Source: Xylanibacter ruminicola 23 (lineage in GTDB: Bacteria > Bacteroidota > Bacteroidia > Bacteroidales > Bacteroidaceae). Taken from it: DNA of 32,000 nucleotides. The notes beneath the pieces are model-generated. The model saw nothing but the letters and a program-made list of their open reading frames with translations. It had not been told where the DNA came from and made no database searches. The stretch's first letter is position 1. Every line of letters begins with the position of its first letter. Of this stretch, positions 1-9,265 are shown piece after piece. The DNA is taken from NCBI RefSeq assembly GCF_000025925.1, contig NC_014033.1, forward strand, positions 1,980,001-2,012,000, read 5' to 3'. The translations under genes were made by a program, and so were the position numbers.

Positions 1-1
1 C

Positions 2-1552
2 TTTGTGCTTTTTGCAGGTATTCTGGCCGGACACATCGGCTTTACTGCTCCAACTCCCATTCTTACATTCGTACAGGACTTCGGACTGATACTCTTTGTA
101 TTCATGATCGGTCTGCAGGTAGGTCCTGGATTCTTCGAAAGCTTTGGTACACAGGGCATTAAGCTTAACGCAATGGCTGCCACAGCTATCCTGCTTAACA
201 TCCTGGTAATGTTCGGATGCTACTACATTTTCTTCGACACTAACAATACCAACAACCTGCCTATGATGGTTGGTACACTGTATGGTGCCGTAACTAACAC
301 TCCAGGACTTGGTGCTGCCAACGAGGCTCTCTCGACTGTATTCGGCGGCAACGCTCCACAGATTGCATCGGCCTATGCCTGTGCTTACCCACTTGGTGTG
401 CTGGGTATTATCGGTGCCATTATATTAGTAAGGTACATCTGCAAGGTTAAGCTGGATAAAGAAGAGAAGGACCTTGAGGCTTTGGACGAGACCAACGCTA
501 ACAAGAAGCCTTACAAGATGCACCTTGAGGTAACAAACAAATACTTGGAGGGTAAGACTCTGCTGCAGGTTCACGACTTCCTGAACCGCGACTTCGTAGT
601 ATCACGCCTGGTACACGAGGGCGAGCTGTTTATCCCTAACCGCGATACCATCTTCCACCTGGGCGACCAGATGCTGATAGTATGTGCCGAGGCCGACCAG
701 GAGGCTATCACTGCCTTTATCGGTCCTAAGCTCGACATCGACTTTGAGCAGCAGGATCAGCCTATGGTTTCAAAGCGTATTGTTATTACCAATCCTAAGG
801 TTAACGGTAAAACACTGGCATCGCTGCACTTCTCGAGTGTACATGGTGTTAACGTAACCCGCGTAACCCGTCATGGTATGGACATCTTCGCATCTCCCAC
901 CCTGCCCCTGCAGGTAGGCGACCGCATCATGGTTGTTGGTCCTGAGGACGCTGTTGACAACGTGGCTGGTAAGATGGGTAACTCAATCCGCCGTTTGGAC
1001 GCACCAAACATCGCCACTATCTTCGTGGGTATCTTTATCGGACTTATCTTCGGTATGTTCCCAGTAGCTATTCCTGGCATGCCTGTACCTGTTAAGTTAG
1101 GTTTGGCTGGTGGTCCACTTATCATCGCTATTCTGATTGGCCGTTATGGCTATAAGATACATCTGGTAACCTATACCACCACATCGGCTAACATGATGCT
1201 GCGTGAGATTGGTTTGGTGCTCTTCCTGGCATCGGTAGGTATCAAGGCTGGAGCCGGGTTCTTTGAGACTGTGGTTCAGGGCGACGGACTGCTCTATGTG
1301 CTCACAGGTTTCCTCATCACCATTATCCCCATCCTGATTGTAGGCCCACTGGCTCGCTGGAAGTTTGGCTTCAACTACTTCACGTTGGCTGGTATGATTG
1401 CCGGTACCTATACCGATCCCCCCGCACTGGCTTATGCCAACAGCATCTGCTCGAAGGAAGCTCCTGCTCTGGGCTACTCAACGGTTTATCCGCTGGCTAT
1501 GTTCCTCCGCATCTTCACAGCGCAGATTGTGGTATTGTTCTTCTGCGGCTAA
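2..1552 (+). CDS. AAE-family (YidE/YbjL/AspT-like) transporter with two central RCK_C (TrkA-C) domains; 5' end cut by the window edge
   Basis: The frame is open from the window edge, so the GTG at 5 is not a real start. Two hydrophobic multi-TM halves flank a soluble region of about 190 aa. That region holds two RCK_C-like modules (LEGKTLLQVH..VVSRLVHEGELFIP..GDQMLIV and VNGKTLASLHF..GVNVTRVTRHG..GDRIMVVG). Confidence 0.8.
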   Translation, partial: FVLFAGILAGHIGFTAPTPILTFVQDFGLILFVFMIGLQVGPGFFESFGTQGIKLNAMAATAILLNILVMFGCYYIFFDTNNTNNLPMMVGTLYGAVTNTPGLGAANEALSTVFGGNAPQIASAYACAYPLGVLGIIGAIILVRYICKVKLDKEEKDLEALDETNANKKPYKMHLEVTNKYLEGKTLLQVHDFLNRDFVVSRLVHEGELFIPNRDTIFHLGDQMLIVCAEADQEAITAFIGPKLDIDFEQQDQPMVSKRIVITNPKVNGKTLASLHFSSVHGVNVTRVTRHGMDIFASPTLPLQVGDRIMVVGPEDAVDNVAGKMGNSIRRLDAPNIATIFVGIFIGLIFGMFPVAIPGMPVPVKLGLAGGPLIIAILIGRYGYKIHLVTYTTTSANMMLREIGLVLFLASVGIKAGAGFFETVVQGDGLLYVLTGFLITIIPILIVGPLARWKFGFNYFTLAGMIAGTYTDPPALAYANSICSKEAPALGYSTVYPLAMFLRIFTAQIVVLFFCG

Positions 1553-1592
1553 CGGAGGCAACAATAAACTTATATAATAATTTACCAACAAA

Positions 1593-2618
1593 ATGAAGAA
1601 AACCAAAATCCTGCTCAGCGGCCTATTGTTGGCCAGCGCCACGGCGATGATGGCTCAAGGAGCCAAAAACATTCGCATTAACGAGGTGCTGACCAACAAT
1701 ACCGCCAGCATTCAGGATGATTACGGACAAAACCACGCATGGATAGAGTTGGAGAACACCTCGTTCACTACCTATAACGTGCGTGGTATGTATTTTACTA
1801 CTGATCGTTCCGTACTCGATCCAAAGATGAGTGTGCCTGAACGCATCAAGCGCATGAGTGTTATCCCCAGTGGCGATCCTCGTACGCAGATAGGCGGGCA
1901 TCAGCACCTAATCTTCTACTGCAACTCTAACCCTGCACAGAGTAAGTTGCACCTCTCGCTCAACGTTCCCTTGTCGGAGCCCCTTTGGTTGGGATTCTAC
2001 AACGGAAATGCCACCGAACTTATCGACTCAGTAACCATCCCCGCTTTGGCTGCCGATCAGAGCTATGCTCGACAGAACGCCAAATCGTGGGCTGTAAAAT
2101 CGGCTGAGAACGTAACACCTGGCATTGAGAACTTTATCAAGACCGATGAGACCAAGGACGCTTATCTGAAGCGCGAAGACCCACACGGATTCGGCATTAC
2201 ACTGCTGGCCATGGGTATCGTGTTCTTCTGTCTGGCAGTACTCTTCGTATTCTTCTGGGTATTCGGAATCATTATGCGTAATATCGAGATGGCCAAGAAG
2301 GTGGCAAACACCCAGCCCATCAAACCTATTACCAAAACTGTTGAGGTTACCCACGACCTGGCACATGCCACAGGTAATATTCTGCAGGACGGTTTAAAGA
2401 CCAAGGGTATAGACAAGGAGGTTTACATAGCCGTTATATCTATGGCCCTGAAGCAGTATCAGGATGATGTTCACGATGTTGAGAGTGGTATCATTACCAT
2501 CAAGGCACGTGAAACAGGATGGAGCGACGAAGGCAGTCAGATGACGCACTTCTCGAAGCCTGTCATCCCAACATCACATCATGCACCCAAAATTCCAACA
2601 ACCCCAGAAATCCGTTGA
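1593..2618 (+). CDS. Fusion protein: signal peptide, lamin-tail domain (LTD), then an OadG-like membrane anchor (gamma/delta subunit of a Na+-translocating decarboxylase)
   Basis: N-terminal signal peptide MKKTKILLSGLLLASATAMMAQG. LTD-like motif IRINEVL..HAWIELENTS..VRGMYF. A single TM segment GITLLAMGIVFFCLAVLFVFFWVFGII is followed by an OadG-type tail (EVYIAVISMALKQYQDD). It lies directly upstream of the biotin carrier and beta subunit genes. Confidence 0.7.
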   Translation: MKKTKILLSGLLLASATAMMAQGAKNIRINEVLTNNTASIQDDYGQNHAWIELENTSFTTYNVRGMYFTTDRSVLDPKMSVPERIKRMSVIPSGDPRTQIGGHQHLIFYCNSNPAQSKLHLSLNVPLSEPLWLGFYNGNATELIDSVTIPALAADQSYARQNAKSWAVKSAENVTPGIENFIKTDETKDAYLKREDPHGFGITLLAMGIVFFCLAVLFVFFWVFGIIMRNIEMAKKVANTQPIKPITKTVEVTHDLAHATGNILQDGLKTKGIDKEVYIAVISMALKQYQDDVHDVESGIITIKARETGWSDEGSQMTHFSKPVIPTSHHAPKIPTTPEIR

Positions 2619-2623
2619 ACAAT

Positions 2624-3076
2624 ATGAATAAGTATCAGTATAAAGTACAAGGCGTTGATTACGACGTAGAGATAGAAGAAGTGGAGGGCAACGTAGCCAA
2701 AGTAGTAGTAAATGGCGTACGTTTCGACGTTGAGCTGAAGCAGCCCATCAACCCCACAAGTACACTCAAGAAGGTTCGCGTAGAAGCACCTAAGACAGTG
2801 GCTCGTCCTTCGGTAGCCCCTGCAGCTGCACCCGCAGCCGAAAAGCCTGCAGCCGCTGGCTCAGGTCAGGCCATTAAGGCACCACTGCCAGGCACCATCA
2901 TCGATGTGAAGGTGAACGTAGGCGACACCGTTAAGCAGGGCGACGTAGTGCTGGTGCTCGAAGCTATGAAGATGCAGAACAACATCGAGAGCGAGTACTC
3001 TGGCACCGTAACCTCGATCACCGTGAAAGCCGGTGAGAGCGTGATGGAAGGTTCTGTACTCCTGACCATTGGATAA
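2624..3076 (+). CDS. Biotin carboxyl carrier subunit (biotin/lipoyl attachment domain) of a Na+-translocating decarboxylase (methylmalonyl-CoA/oxaloacetate decarboxylase type)
   Basis: C-terminal biotinylation motif EAMKMQN sits in a lipoyl/biotinyl fold and is preceded by an Ala/Pro-rich linker (APAAAPAAEKPAAAG). I chose the ATG at 2624 (MNKYQYK..) because the 2519 start would overlap the upstream gene by 100 nt and adds non-homologous residues. Confidence 0.85.
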   Translation: MNKYQYKVQGVDYDVEIEEVEGNVAKVVVNGVRFDVELKQPINPTSTLKKVRVEAPKTVARPSVAPAAAPAAEKPAAAGSGQAIKAPLPGTIIDVKVNVGDTVKQGDVVLVLEAMKMQNNIESEYSGTVTSITVKAGESVMEGSVLLTIG

Positions 3077-3141
3077 TTGGACAATTGGACTATTTCACTA
3101 TTGGACAATCATAAAATTGTAAAATCGTCAAATTGTAAAAT
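3069..3141 (+). repeat. Short direct repeats in the carrier-to-beta spacer: ATTGGAYA x3 in tandem plus one more copy, then AAATTGTAAAAT x2
   Basis: Read directly. ATTGGATA, ATTGGACA and ATTGGACT lie at 3069-3092, with ATTGGACA again at 3100-3107. AAATTGTAAAAT occurs at 3114-3125 and 3130-3141. The first unit overlaps the carrier stop codon (TAA 3074-3076). Confidence 0.8.
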
Positions 3142-3147
3142 GAAACT

Positions 3148-4305
3148 ATGGATTTAGGACAGTTTATCATACAGAACTTTCATGAGTTTCTTACCTACAC
3201 GGCCTTTGCCAATGCTACGGTAGGAAATCTGATCATGATTGCTGTGGGAGCCTTCTTTATCTGGCTTGCCATCAAGAAAGACTTTGAGCCACTGCTGCTC
3301 GTCCCCATCGGACTGGGCATCATTCTTGGCAATATCCCCTTCCGTGCTGATGCAGGACTTGAGATAGGACTTTACGAGGACAACTCGGTGCTTAACATCT
3401 TCTATCAAGGTGTGCGCCAGGGCTGGTATCCACCACTTATCTTCTTGGGCATTGGTGCCATGACCGACTTTACAGCCCTGTTGGCTAACCCCAAGTTAAT
3501 GCTGATTGGCGCTGCAGCACAGTTTGGTATTTTTGGTGCCTATATGGTGGCCTTGGCTATGGGATTCGAGCCCTCGCAGGCTGCTGGTATCGCCATCATC
3601 GGTGGTGCCGACGGTCCAACCGCCATCTTCCTCAGCTCAAAGCTGTCGCCCAACCTGATGGGAGCCATCGCCGTTTGTGCCTATAGCTACATGGCATTGG
3701 TACCTGTTATCCAGCCATTCATCATGCGTCTGCTTACCACCGATAAGGAGCGCGTTATCAAGATGAAGCCTGGTCGCGAGGTATCGCAAACAGAGCGTAT
3801 TCTGTTCCCCATCATCGGCTTGTTGCTCACCACCTTCATCGTACCATCGGGCCTGCCCTTGCTGGGTATGCTGTTCTTTGGTAACCTGCTGAAGGAGAGT
3901 GGCAAGACCACACGTTTGGCAAAGACTGCTGGTGCCGCACTCAACGACATCGTTGTAATGCTGTTAGGTTTAACCGTTGGTTGCTCAACACAGGCCAGCG
4001 AGTTCCTCACCTTCAACACCATCAAGATTTTTGCCCTTGGTGCTATGGCCTTTATGATTGCCACCGCATCGGGTGTTTGCTTTGTTAAGCTGATGAACCT
4101 GTTCCTGCCCGAAGGCAAGAAACTGAACCCGCTGATTGGTAACGCCGGCGTAAGTGCCGTTCCAATGGCAGCACGTATATCTAACAACCTCGGTCTGGAG
4201 TACGACCGTCACAACTTCCTGCTCATGCACGCCATGGGTCCTAACGTAGCTGGTGTGATTGGTTCGGCTGTAGCCGCTGGTGCATTATTAGGATTCTTAT
4301 CATGA
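3148..4305 (+). CDS. Sodium ion-translocating decarboxylase beta subunit (OadB/MmdB/GcdB family)
   Basis: 385-aa polytopic membrane protein with family-typical stretches (GIAIIGGADGPTAIF, NPLIGNAGVSAVPMAAR). Its position after the OadG-like and biotin carrier genes fits. Confidence 0.9.
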   Translation: MDLGQFIIQNFHEFLTYTAFANATVGNLIMIAVGAFFIWLAIKKDFEPLLLVPIGLGIILGNIPFRADAGLEIGLYEDNSVLNIFYQGVRQGWYPPLIFLGIGAMTDFTALLANPKLMLIGAAAQFGIFGAYMVALAMGFEPSQAAGIAIIGGADGPTAIFLSSKLSPNLMGAIAVCAYSYMALVPVIQPFIMRLLTTDKERVIKMKPGREVSQTERILFPIIGLLLTTFIVPSGLPLLGMLFFGNLLKESGKTTRLAKTAGAALNDIVVMLLGLTVGCSTQASEFLTFNTIKIFALGAMAFMIATASGVCFVKLMNLFLPEGKKLNPLIGNAGVSAVPMAARISNNLGLEYDRHNFLLMHAMGPNVAGVIGSAVAAGALLGFLS

Positions 4306-4895
4306 ACAATAGACCCAAGATAGCTATCATCGACCCCAATACCCTCTCGGCATTGGGGTTGAAGGCTATTCTCCAGAACGTCATGCCCATCATGACGGTT
4401 GACATATTCGGATCGTTATCAGAACTTCAAGCCAACGAGCCCGAGAGTTATTTCCACTACTTTACTGCCATGTCGGTAGTGGTGGAGAACATGGCATTCT
4501 TTACAGAGAACAAGCGCAAAACTATCGTGCTCACGTTGTCGCTCGACACCATGTCGCAACTGTCAGATTTTAAATGTCTGTGTGTAAACGTGCCCGAACC
4601 CGAGTTGGTACGCTCGTTACTGATGCTGGAGCAGCACGCTCATGGCAAAGGCGAGCATCTGCCACCCATGCCAGCTATCTTGAGTCAGAAAATCCTGTCG
4701 GATCGCGAAATCGAAGTGATGTCGCTGATTGTACAGGGATATATCAACAAGGAGATTGCCGACAAGCTGAACATCGGCTTGGCAACGGTGATTACCCATC
4801 GCAAAAACATCATGGACAAACTGGGCATGAAGAGTGTTTCGGCACTTACCATCTATGCTGTGATGCATGGCTATGTTGACATCAACAAAATTTAG
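4302..4895 (+). CDS. LuxR/FixJ-type HTH transcriptional regulator with a degenerate, receiver-like N-terminal domain
   Basis: C-terminal LuxR HTH (LSDREIEVMSLIVQGYINKEIADKLNIGLATVITHRKNIMDKLG). The N-terminal part resembles a receiver (KIAIIDPN..) but has no Asp at the expected phospho-acceptor position. The start overlaps the beta subunit stop (ATGA). Confidence 0.8.
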   Translation: MNNRPKIAIIDPNTLSALGLKAILQNVMPIMTVDIFGSLSELQANEPESYFHYFTAMSVVVENMAFFTENKRKTIVLTLSLDTMSQLSDFKCLCVNVPEPELVRSLLMLEQHAHGKGEHLPPMPAILSQKILSDREIEVMSLIVQGYINKEIADKLNIGLATVITHRKNIMDKLGMKSVSALTIYAVMHGYVDINKI

Positions 4896-4938
4896 CGCAA
4901 AGGTTTTCGTGGTTTTTTAGGAATTTAGTAACCTCAAA

Positions 4939-4970
4939 TTTGGAAGTATCACAAAATTCGCCTATCTTTG
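4939..4970 (+). promoter_or_regulatory. Bacteroidota-type promoter for uxaB (-33 TTTG, -7 TAnnTTTG)
   Basis: TTTG at 4939-4942, a 20-nt spacer, then TATCTTTG at 4963-4970. There are 37 nt to the uxaB ATG. Confidence 0.6.
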
Positions 4971-5007
4971 CACTCGCAAATAATAACAATTAAAACAATA
5001 TTTAGAA

Positions 5008-6447
5008 ATGAAACCACTAAACAAACAGTTTGCTCCTAAGAGCGTTATGCCTGAAAAGGTTATTCAGTTTGGCGAAGGAAACTTCCTCCGTGCATTTGTT
5101 GATTGGATTATCTGGAACATGGACCAGAAGACCGACTTCAACGGTTCGGTTGTTGTGGTTCAGCCTATCGAGAAAGGTATGGTTGACTGGCTGAATGCTC
5201 AGGACTGTCTGTACCATGTAAATCTGCAGGGTCGCGAGAACGGCAAGCCCGTTAACACCCTGGAGCGTATTGATGTGATTAGTCGTGCTTTGAACCCATA
5301 TACCCAGAATGCCGCTTTCATGGCTCTGGCCGATCAGCCTGAGATTCGTTTCGTTATCTCGAACACAACCGAGGCTGGTATTGCTTTCGATCCCTCATGC
5401 AAACTCGAGGATGCACCTGCAAGCAGCTACCCAGGAAAGCTGGTTCAGCTGTTGTACCGTCGTTATCAGACTTTCAACGGCGACAAGACCAAGGGACTGA
5501 TTATATTCCCTTGCGAGCTGATTTTCCTGAACGGCCACGTGCTCAAGGATTGCATTTATAAGTATATCGAGCTGTGGAACCTTGGCGACGACTTCAAGAA
5601 GTGGTTCGAGGAGGCTTGTGGCGTATATGCTACCCTCGTTGACCGTATCGTACCAGGATTCCCACGCAAGGAGATTGCCGAGATTCAGGAGAAGATTTCG
5701 TATCGCGACAACCTGGTAGTACAGGCCGAGAACTTCCACCTGTGGGTAATCGAGGCACCAAAAGAGGTTGCCGAGGAGTTCCCCGCTGACAAGGCTGGCT
5801 TGCACGTACTCTTTGTTCCATCAGAGGAGCCCTACCACAAGCGTAAGGTTACCCTGCTGAATGGTCCTCACACCGTATTGAGCCCTGTAGCATTCCTGAG
5901 TGGTGTTAACATCGTACGCGATGCCTGCAACCACGAGGTAATCGGCAAATATATCCACAAAGTTCAGTTTGAAGAGCTGATGCAGACACTCGACCTGCCT
6001 ATGGACGAGCTCGAGAAGTTTGCTGGCGACGTACTGGAGCGTTTCGACAACCCATATGTTGACCACCAGGTAACCAGCATCATGCTGAACTCTTTCCCCA
6101 AGTTCCAGGCTCGCGACCTGCCCGGCGTAAAGACATTCCTGGAGCGCAAGGGCGAGCTGCCTAAGGGATTGGTATTCGGTCTGGCTGCTATCATCACCTA
6201 CTACAAGGGTGGTAAGCGCGAGGATGGCGTTGAGATTGTTCCAAACGACGACCAGAAGATTATGGACCTGCTGAAGGAGCTCTGGGCAACAGGCGACACA
6301 CAGAAGGTTACCGATGGTGTGCTGGGCGCCGAGTTCATCTGGCAGGAGGACCTGAACAAGGTTCCTGGTCTGAACGCTATGGTGAAGCAGGATCTCGACC
6401 TCATTAAGAGCGTAGGCATGCTCGAGGCCGTGAAGAGTATTCTTTAA
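5008..6447 (+). CDS. uxaB: Tagaturonate reductase (altronate oxidoreductase), mannitol dehydrogenase family
   Basis: Close full-length resemblance to E. coli UxaB as I recall it. Examples: [19 protein letters not shown] versus [16 protein letters not shown], plus [20 protein letters not shown] and [12 protein letters not shown]. Confidence 0.9.
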   Translation: MKPLNKQFAPKSVMPEKVIQFGEGNFLRAFVDWIIWNMDQKTDFNGSVVVVQPIEKGMVDWLNAQDCLYHVNLQGRENGKPVNTLERIDVISRALNPYTQNAAFMALADQPEIRFVISNTTEAGIAFDPSCKLEDAPASSYPGKLVQLLYRRYQTFNGDKTKGLIIFPCELIFLNGHVLKDCIYKYIELWNLGDDFKKWFEEACGVYATLVDRIVPGFPRKEIAEIQEKISYRDNLVVQAENFHLWVIEAPKEVAEEFPADKAGLHVLFVPSEEPYHKRKVTLLNGPHTVLSPVAFLSGVNIVRDACNHEVIGKYIHKVQFEELMQTLDLPMDELEKFAGDVLERFDNPYVDHQVTSIMLNSFPKFQARDLPGVKTFLERKGELPKGLVFGLAAIITYYKGGKREDGVEIVPNDDQKIMDLLKELWATGDTQKVTDGVLGAEFIWQEDLNKVPGLNAMVKQDLDLIKSVGMLEAVKSIL

Positions 6448-6453
6448 TAATGA

Positions 6454-9249
6454 ATGAGTGATTCAATAGAGATAAAAGGGGCACGCGTTAATAACCTTAA
6501 GAATATTGACGTTAAAATTCCCCGAAACCAATTTGTTGTGATTGCCGGAGTCAGTGGCTCCGGCAAATCATCTTTGGCCTTCGACACATTGTATGCCGAA
6601 GGCCAACGCCGTTATGTAGAGAGTTTGTCGAGCTATGCCCGACAGTTCCTTGGAAGAATGAACAAACCTGAGTGTGATTTCATTCGCGGCATACCGCCTG
6701 CCATCGCTATCGAGCAGAAGGTAATATCAAGGAATCCACGAAGCACCGTGGGCACCAGCACAGAAATTTACGAGTATCTACGACTGCTGTTTGCCCGCAT
6801 AGGTCACACCTATTCGCCCATCAGTGGTTGCGAGGTGAAGAAACACTCTACCGAGGATGTGATACAGAAGATGCTGGAGTTCTCGAAAGGCACCCGATTC
6901 GTGGTGATGGCCCCCATCCATCTGCGCGAGGGGCGCTCTATGGAGCAACAGCTTAAGACCTACCAGTTGGAAGGTTATGCCCGCATCTATGTAAACAATG
7001 ATTTCCAACGAATAGATGATTATCTGGCAGCAGGAAAGTTCGACGACGAGAATATCTATCTGGTTATCGACCGCATGAGCGTAGATGATACCAAGGATGT
7101 GATTGCCCGTTTGGTCGACTCTGCCGAGACGGCTTTCTACGAAGGTCATGGCGAGTTGCGCTTGCTATTCCCACCCACCATCTTCTACGATTTCTCGATG
7201 AAGTTCGAGGCTGATGGTATGACCTTTGAAGAGCCTACCGACCAGATGTTCTCGTTCAATTCGCCAGCAGGTGCCTGTCCTGAGTGTCAGGGCTTTGGAC
7301 GTATTGTTGGTATCGACGAGAAGCTAGTCATCCCCAACACCACTCTGTCTGTTTACGATGGCTGTGTGGTTTGCTGGCATGGCGAGAAAATGAAAGAGTG
7401 GCTCGACTGGTTCTGTCGCCACGCGGCCAAGGATGATTTCCCCATCTTTGAGCCCTATATGAACCTGACTCAGAAACAGAAGGACTGGCTATGGCACGGA
7501 CTGCCCTCGGATAAAGGAAAGAAGGAGCGTCCATGTATCGATGCCTTCTTCGAGATGGTCCAGGAGAATCAGTACAAAATACAATACCGTGTGATGCTGG
7601 CACGCTATCGTGGCAAGACCACTTGTCCCAAGTGTCATGGCACACGCTTAAAGCCCGAAGCCGACTACGTGAAGATTGGCGGACGCAGCATTACCGACCT
7701 GGTACAAATGCCTGTGGTAAAGGTAAAGGAGTGGTTTGATCGCTTGGAGCTCGACCAGCACGATGCCGAGATTGGTAAGCGTCTGCTAACAGAAATCAAA
7801 AGCCGCCTACAGTTCCTGCTCGATGTGGGTCTGGGTTATCTTACCCTCAACCGACTGTCGAACTCGCTCTCGGGTGGTGAGAGTCAACGTATCAACCTGT
7901 GTACATCGCTGGGTAGTTCGCTGGTTGGCTCGTTGTATATCCTCGATGAGCCTAGTATCGGCTTGCACTCAAGAGATACCGACCGCTTGATTCACGTGCT
8001 GAAGGAGCTGCAATCGTTAGGCAATACGGTGGTTGTAGTAGAGCACGACGAAGATATCATGCGTGCTGCCGACCACCTGATAGATATTGGTCCTGATGCA
8101 GGACGCCTGGGTGGTGAGGTAGTGTTTGACGGCGATGCCAAGGAGGTAAACGAAGCATCGCTCACCAAGTGGCCTAAGAGCTACACGGTAAAATACCTGT
8201 TGCATCAGGAAGAGATTCCCGTGCCCGCATCGCGTCGCCCTTGGAACAGATTCATCACCATCAAAGGTGCTCGTATGAACAACCTGAAGGGTATCGATGT
8301 AAAGATACCTCTCAACGTGATGACGGTGGTAACAGGTGTTTCAGGTTCTGGTAAGTCGAGCCTCATCAAAGGCATACTGTATCCAGCCATGCGACGCCGC
8401 ATTGGCGAAGCTTGCGATGCACCAGGCGAATATCTGGGACTGGATGGCGACGTAGAGGCTATCAAGCATATTGAGTTTGTAGATCAGAACCCCATAGGTA
8501 AGAGCACACGCTCAAACCCTGCCACATATGTGAAAGCTTACGATGCCATTCGCGATCTGTATGCCCAGCAGCCACTGGCCAAGCAAATGGGCTTTACGCC
8601 ACAATACTTCTCGTTCAACACCGATGGTGGACGTTGCGAGGAGTGTAAGGGTGCAGGAACCATCACGGTTGAGATGCAGTTCATGGCCGACCTGGTGCTG
8701 GAGTGCGAGGCTTGTCATGGTCATCGTTTTAAGAAGGAGATTCTGGATGTAAACTATCGTGGCAAGAGTGTTGATGATGTGCTGAATATGACCATCTCTG
8801 AAGCCATCACCTTCTTCGAAGAGGGTGGCGAGAACGTCATCGTTAAGCGTTTGAAGACGCTCGAGGATGTGGGCTTAGGCTACATCAAGCTGGGACAGAA
8901 CTCATCGTCGCTCTCTGGTGGTGAGAACCAGCGTGTAAAACTGGCCTACTTTATCGGACAGGAGAAACAGGAGCCCACGCTCTTTATCTTCGACGAGCCT
9001 ACCACAGGTCTGCATTTCCACGATATACAACGCCTGCTGAAAGCCTTCGAGGCCCTGATAGCACGAGGCCATACCATCCTGATTATTGAGCACAACATGG
9101 AGGTCATCAAATGTGCCGACCACGTGATAGACTTAGGACCGGATGGTGGCGACAAGGGTGGTAACCTAGTAATAGCAGGAACGCCCGAACAAGTGGTGGC
9201 ATGCAAAGAGAGTCTGACAGGTAAATACCTGAAAGAAAAACTGGAATAA
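6454..9249 (+). CDS. uvrA: Excinuclease ABC subunit A (UvrA family, 931 aa)
   Basis: Two Walker A motifs (GVSGSGKSS x2) and two ABC signatures ([16 protein letters not shown]). Two CxxC..CxxC zinc modules are visible (ACPECQG/TCPKCHG and RCEECKG/CEACHG). Confidence 0.93.
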   Translation: MSDSIEIKGARVNNLKNIDVKIPRNQFVVIAGVSGSGKSSLAFDTLYAEGQRRYVESLSSYARQFLGRMNKPECDFIRGIPPAIAIEQKVISRNPRSTVGTSTEIYEYLRLLFARIGHTYSPISGCEVKKHSTEDVIQKMLEFSKGTRFVVMAPIHLREGRSMEQQLKTYQLEGYARIYVNNDFQRIDDYLAAGKFDDENIYLVIDRMSVDDTKDVIARLVDSAETAFYEGHGELRLLFPPTIFYDFSMKFEADGMTFEEPTDQMFSFNSPAGACPECQGFGRIVGIDEKLVIPNTTLSVYDGCVVCWHGEKMKEWLDWFCRHAAKDDFPIFEPYMNLTQKQKDWLWHGLPSDKGKKERPCIDAFFEMVQENQYKIQYRVMLARYRGKTTCPKCHGTRLKPEADYVKIGGRSITDLVQMPVVKVKEWFDRLELDQHDAEIGKRLLTEIKSRLQFLLDVGLGYLTLNRLSNSLSGGESQRINLCTSLGSSLVGSLYILDEPSIGLHSRDTDRLIHVLKELQSLGNTVVVVEHDEDIMRAADHLIDIGPDAGRLGGEVVFDGDAKEVNEASLTKWPKSYTVKYLLHQEEIPVPASRRPWNRFITIKGARMNNLKGIDVKIPLNVMTVVTGVSGSGKSSLIKGILYPAMRRRIGEACDAPGEYLGLDGDVEAIKHIEFVDQNPIGKSTRSNPATYVKAYDAIRDLYAQQPLAKQMGFTPQYFSFNTDGGRCEECKGAGTITVEMQFMADLVLECEACHGHRFKKEILDVNYRGKSVDDVLNMTISEAITFFEEGGENVIVKRLKTLEDVGLGYIKLGQNSSSLSGGENQRVKLAYFIGQEKQEPTLFIFDEPTTGLHFHDIQRLLKAFEALIARGHTILIIEHNMEVIKCADHVIDLGPDGGDKGGNLVIAGTPEQVVACKESLTGKYLKEKLE

Positions 9250-9265
9250 AAAAAGAGTAACAACT

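Noticed and set aside
2519-2623. Longer N-terminal extension of the biotin carrier ORF (start at 2519)
   Set aside because: It would overlap the upstream gene by 100 nt and adds Arg/Asn-rich residues unlike any carrier protein. The ATG at 2624 gives a typical MNKYQYKV.. N-terminus 5 nt after the upstream stop.
4574-4879. 101-aa alternative-frame ORF inside the LuxR regulator gene
   Set aside because: The overlapping frame encodes a clear LuxR HTH. The alternative frame is Arg/Ser/Cys-rich with no motif.
4896-4930. Possible terminator after the LuxR gene (GGTTTTCGTGGTTTTTT)
   Set aside because: A T run is present, but I could not fold a convincing stem immediately upstream of it.
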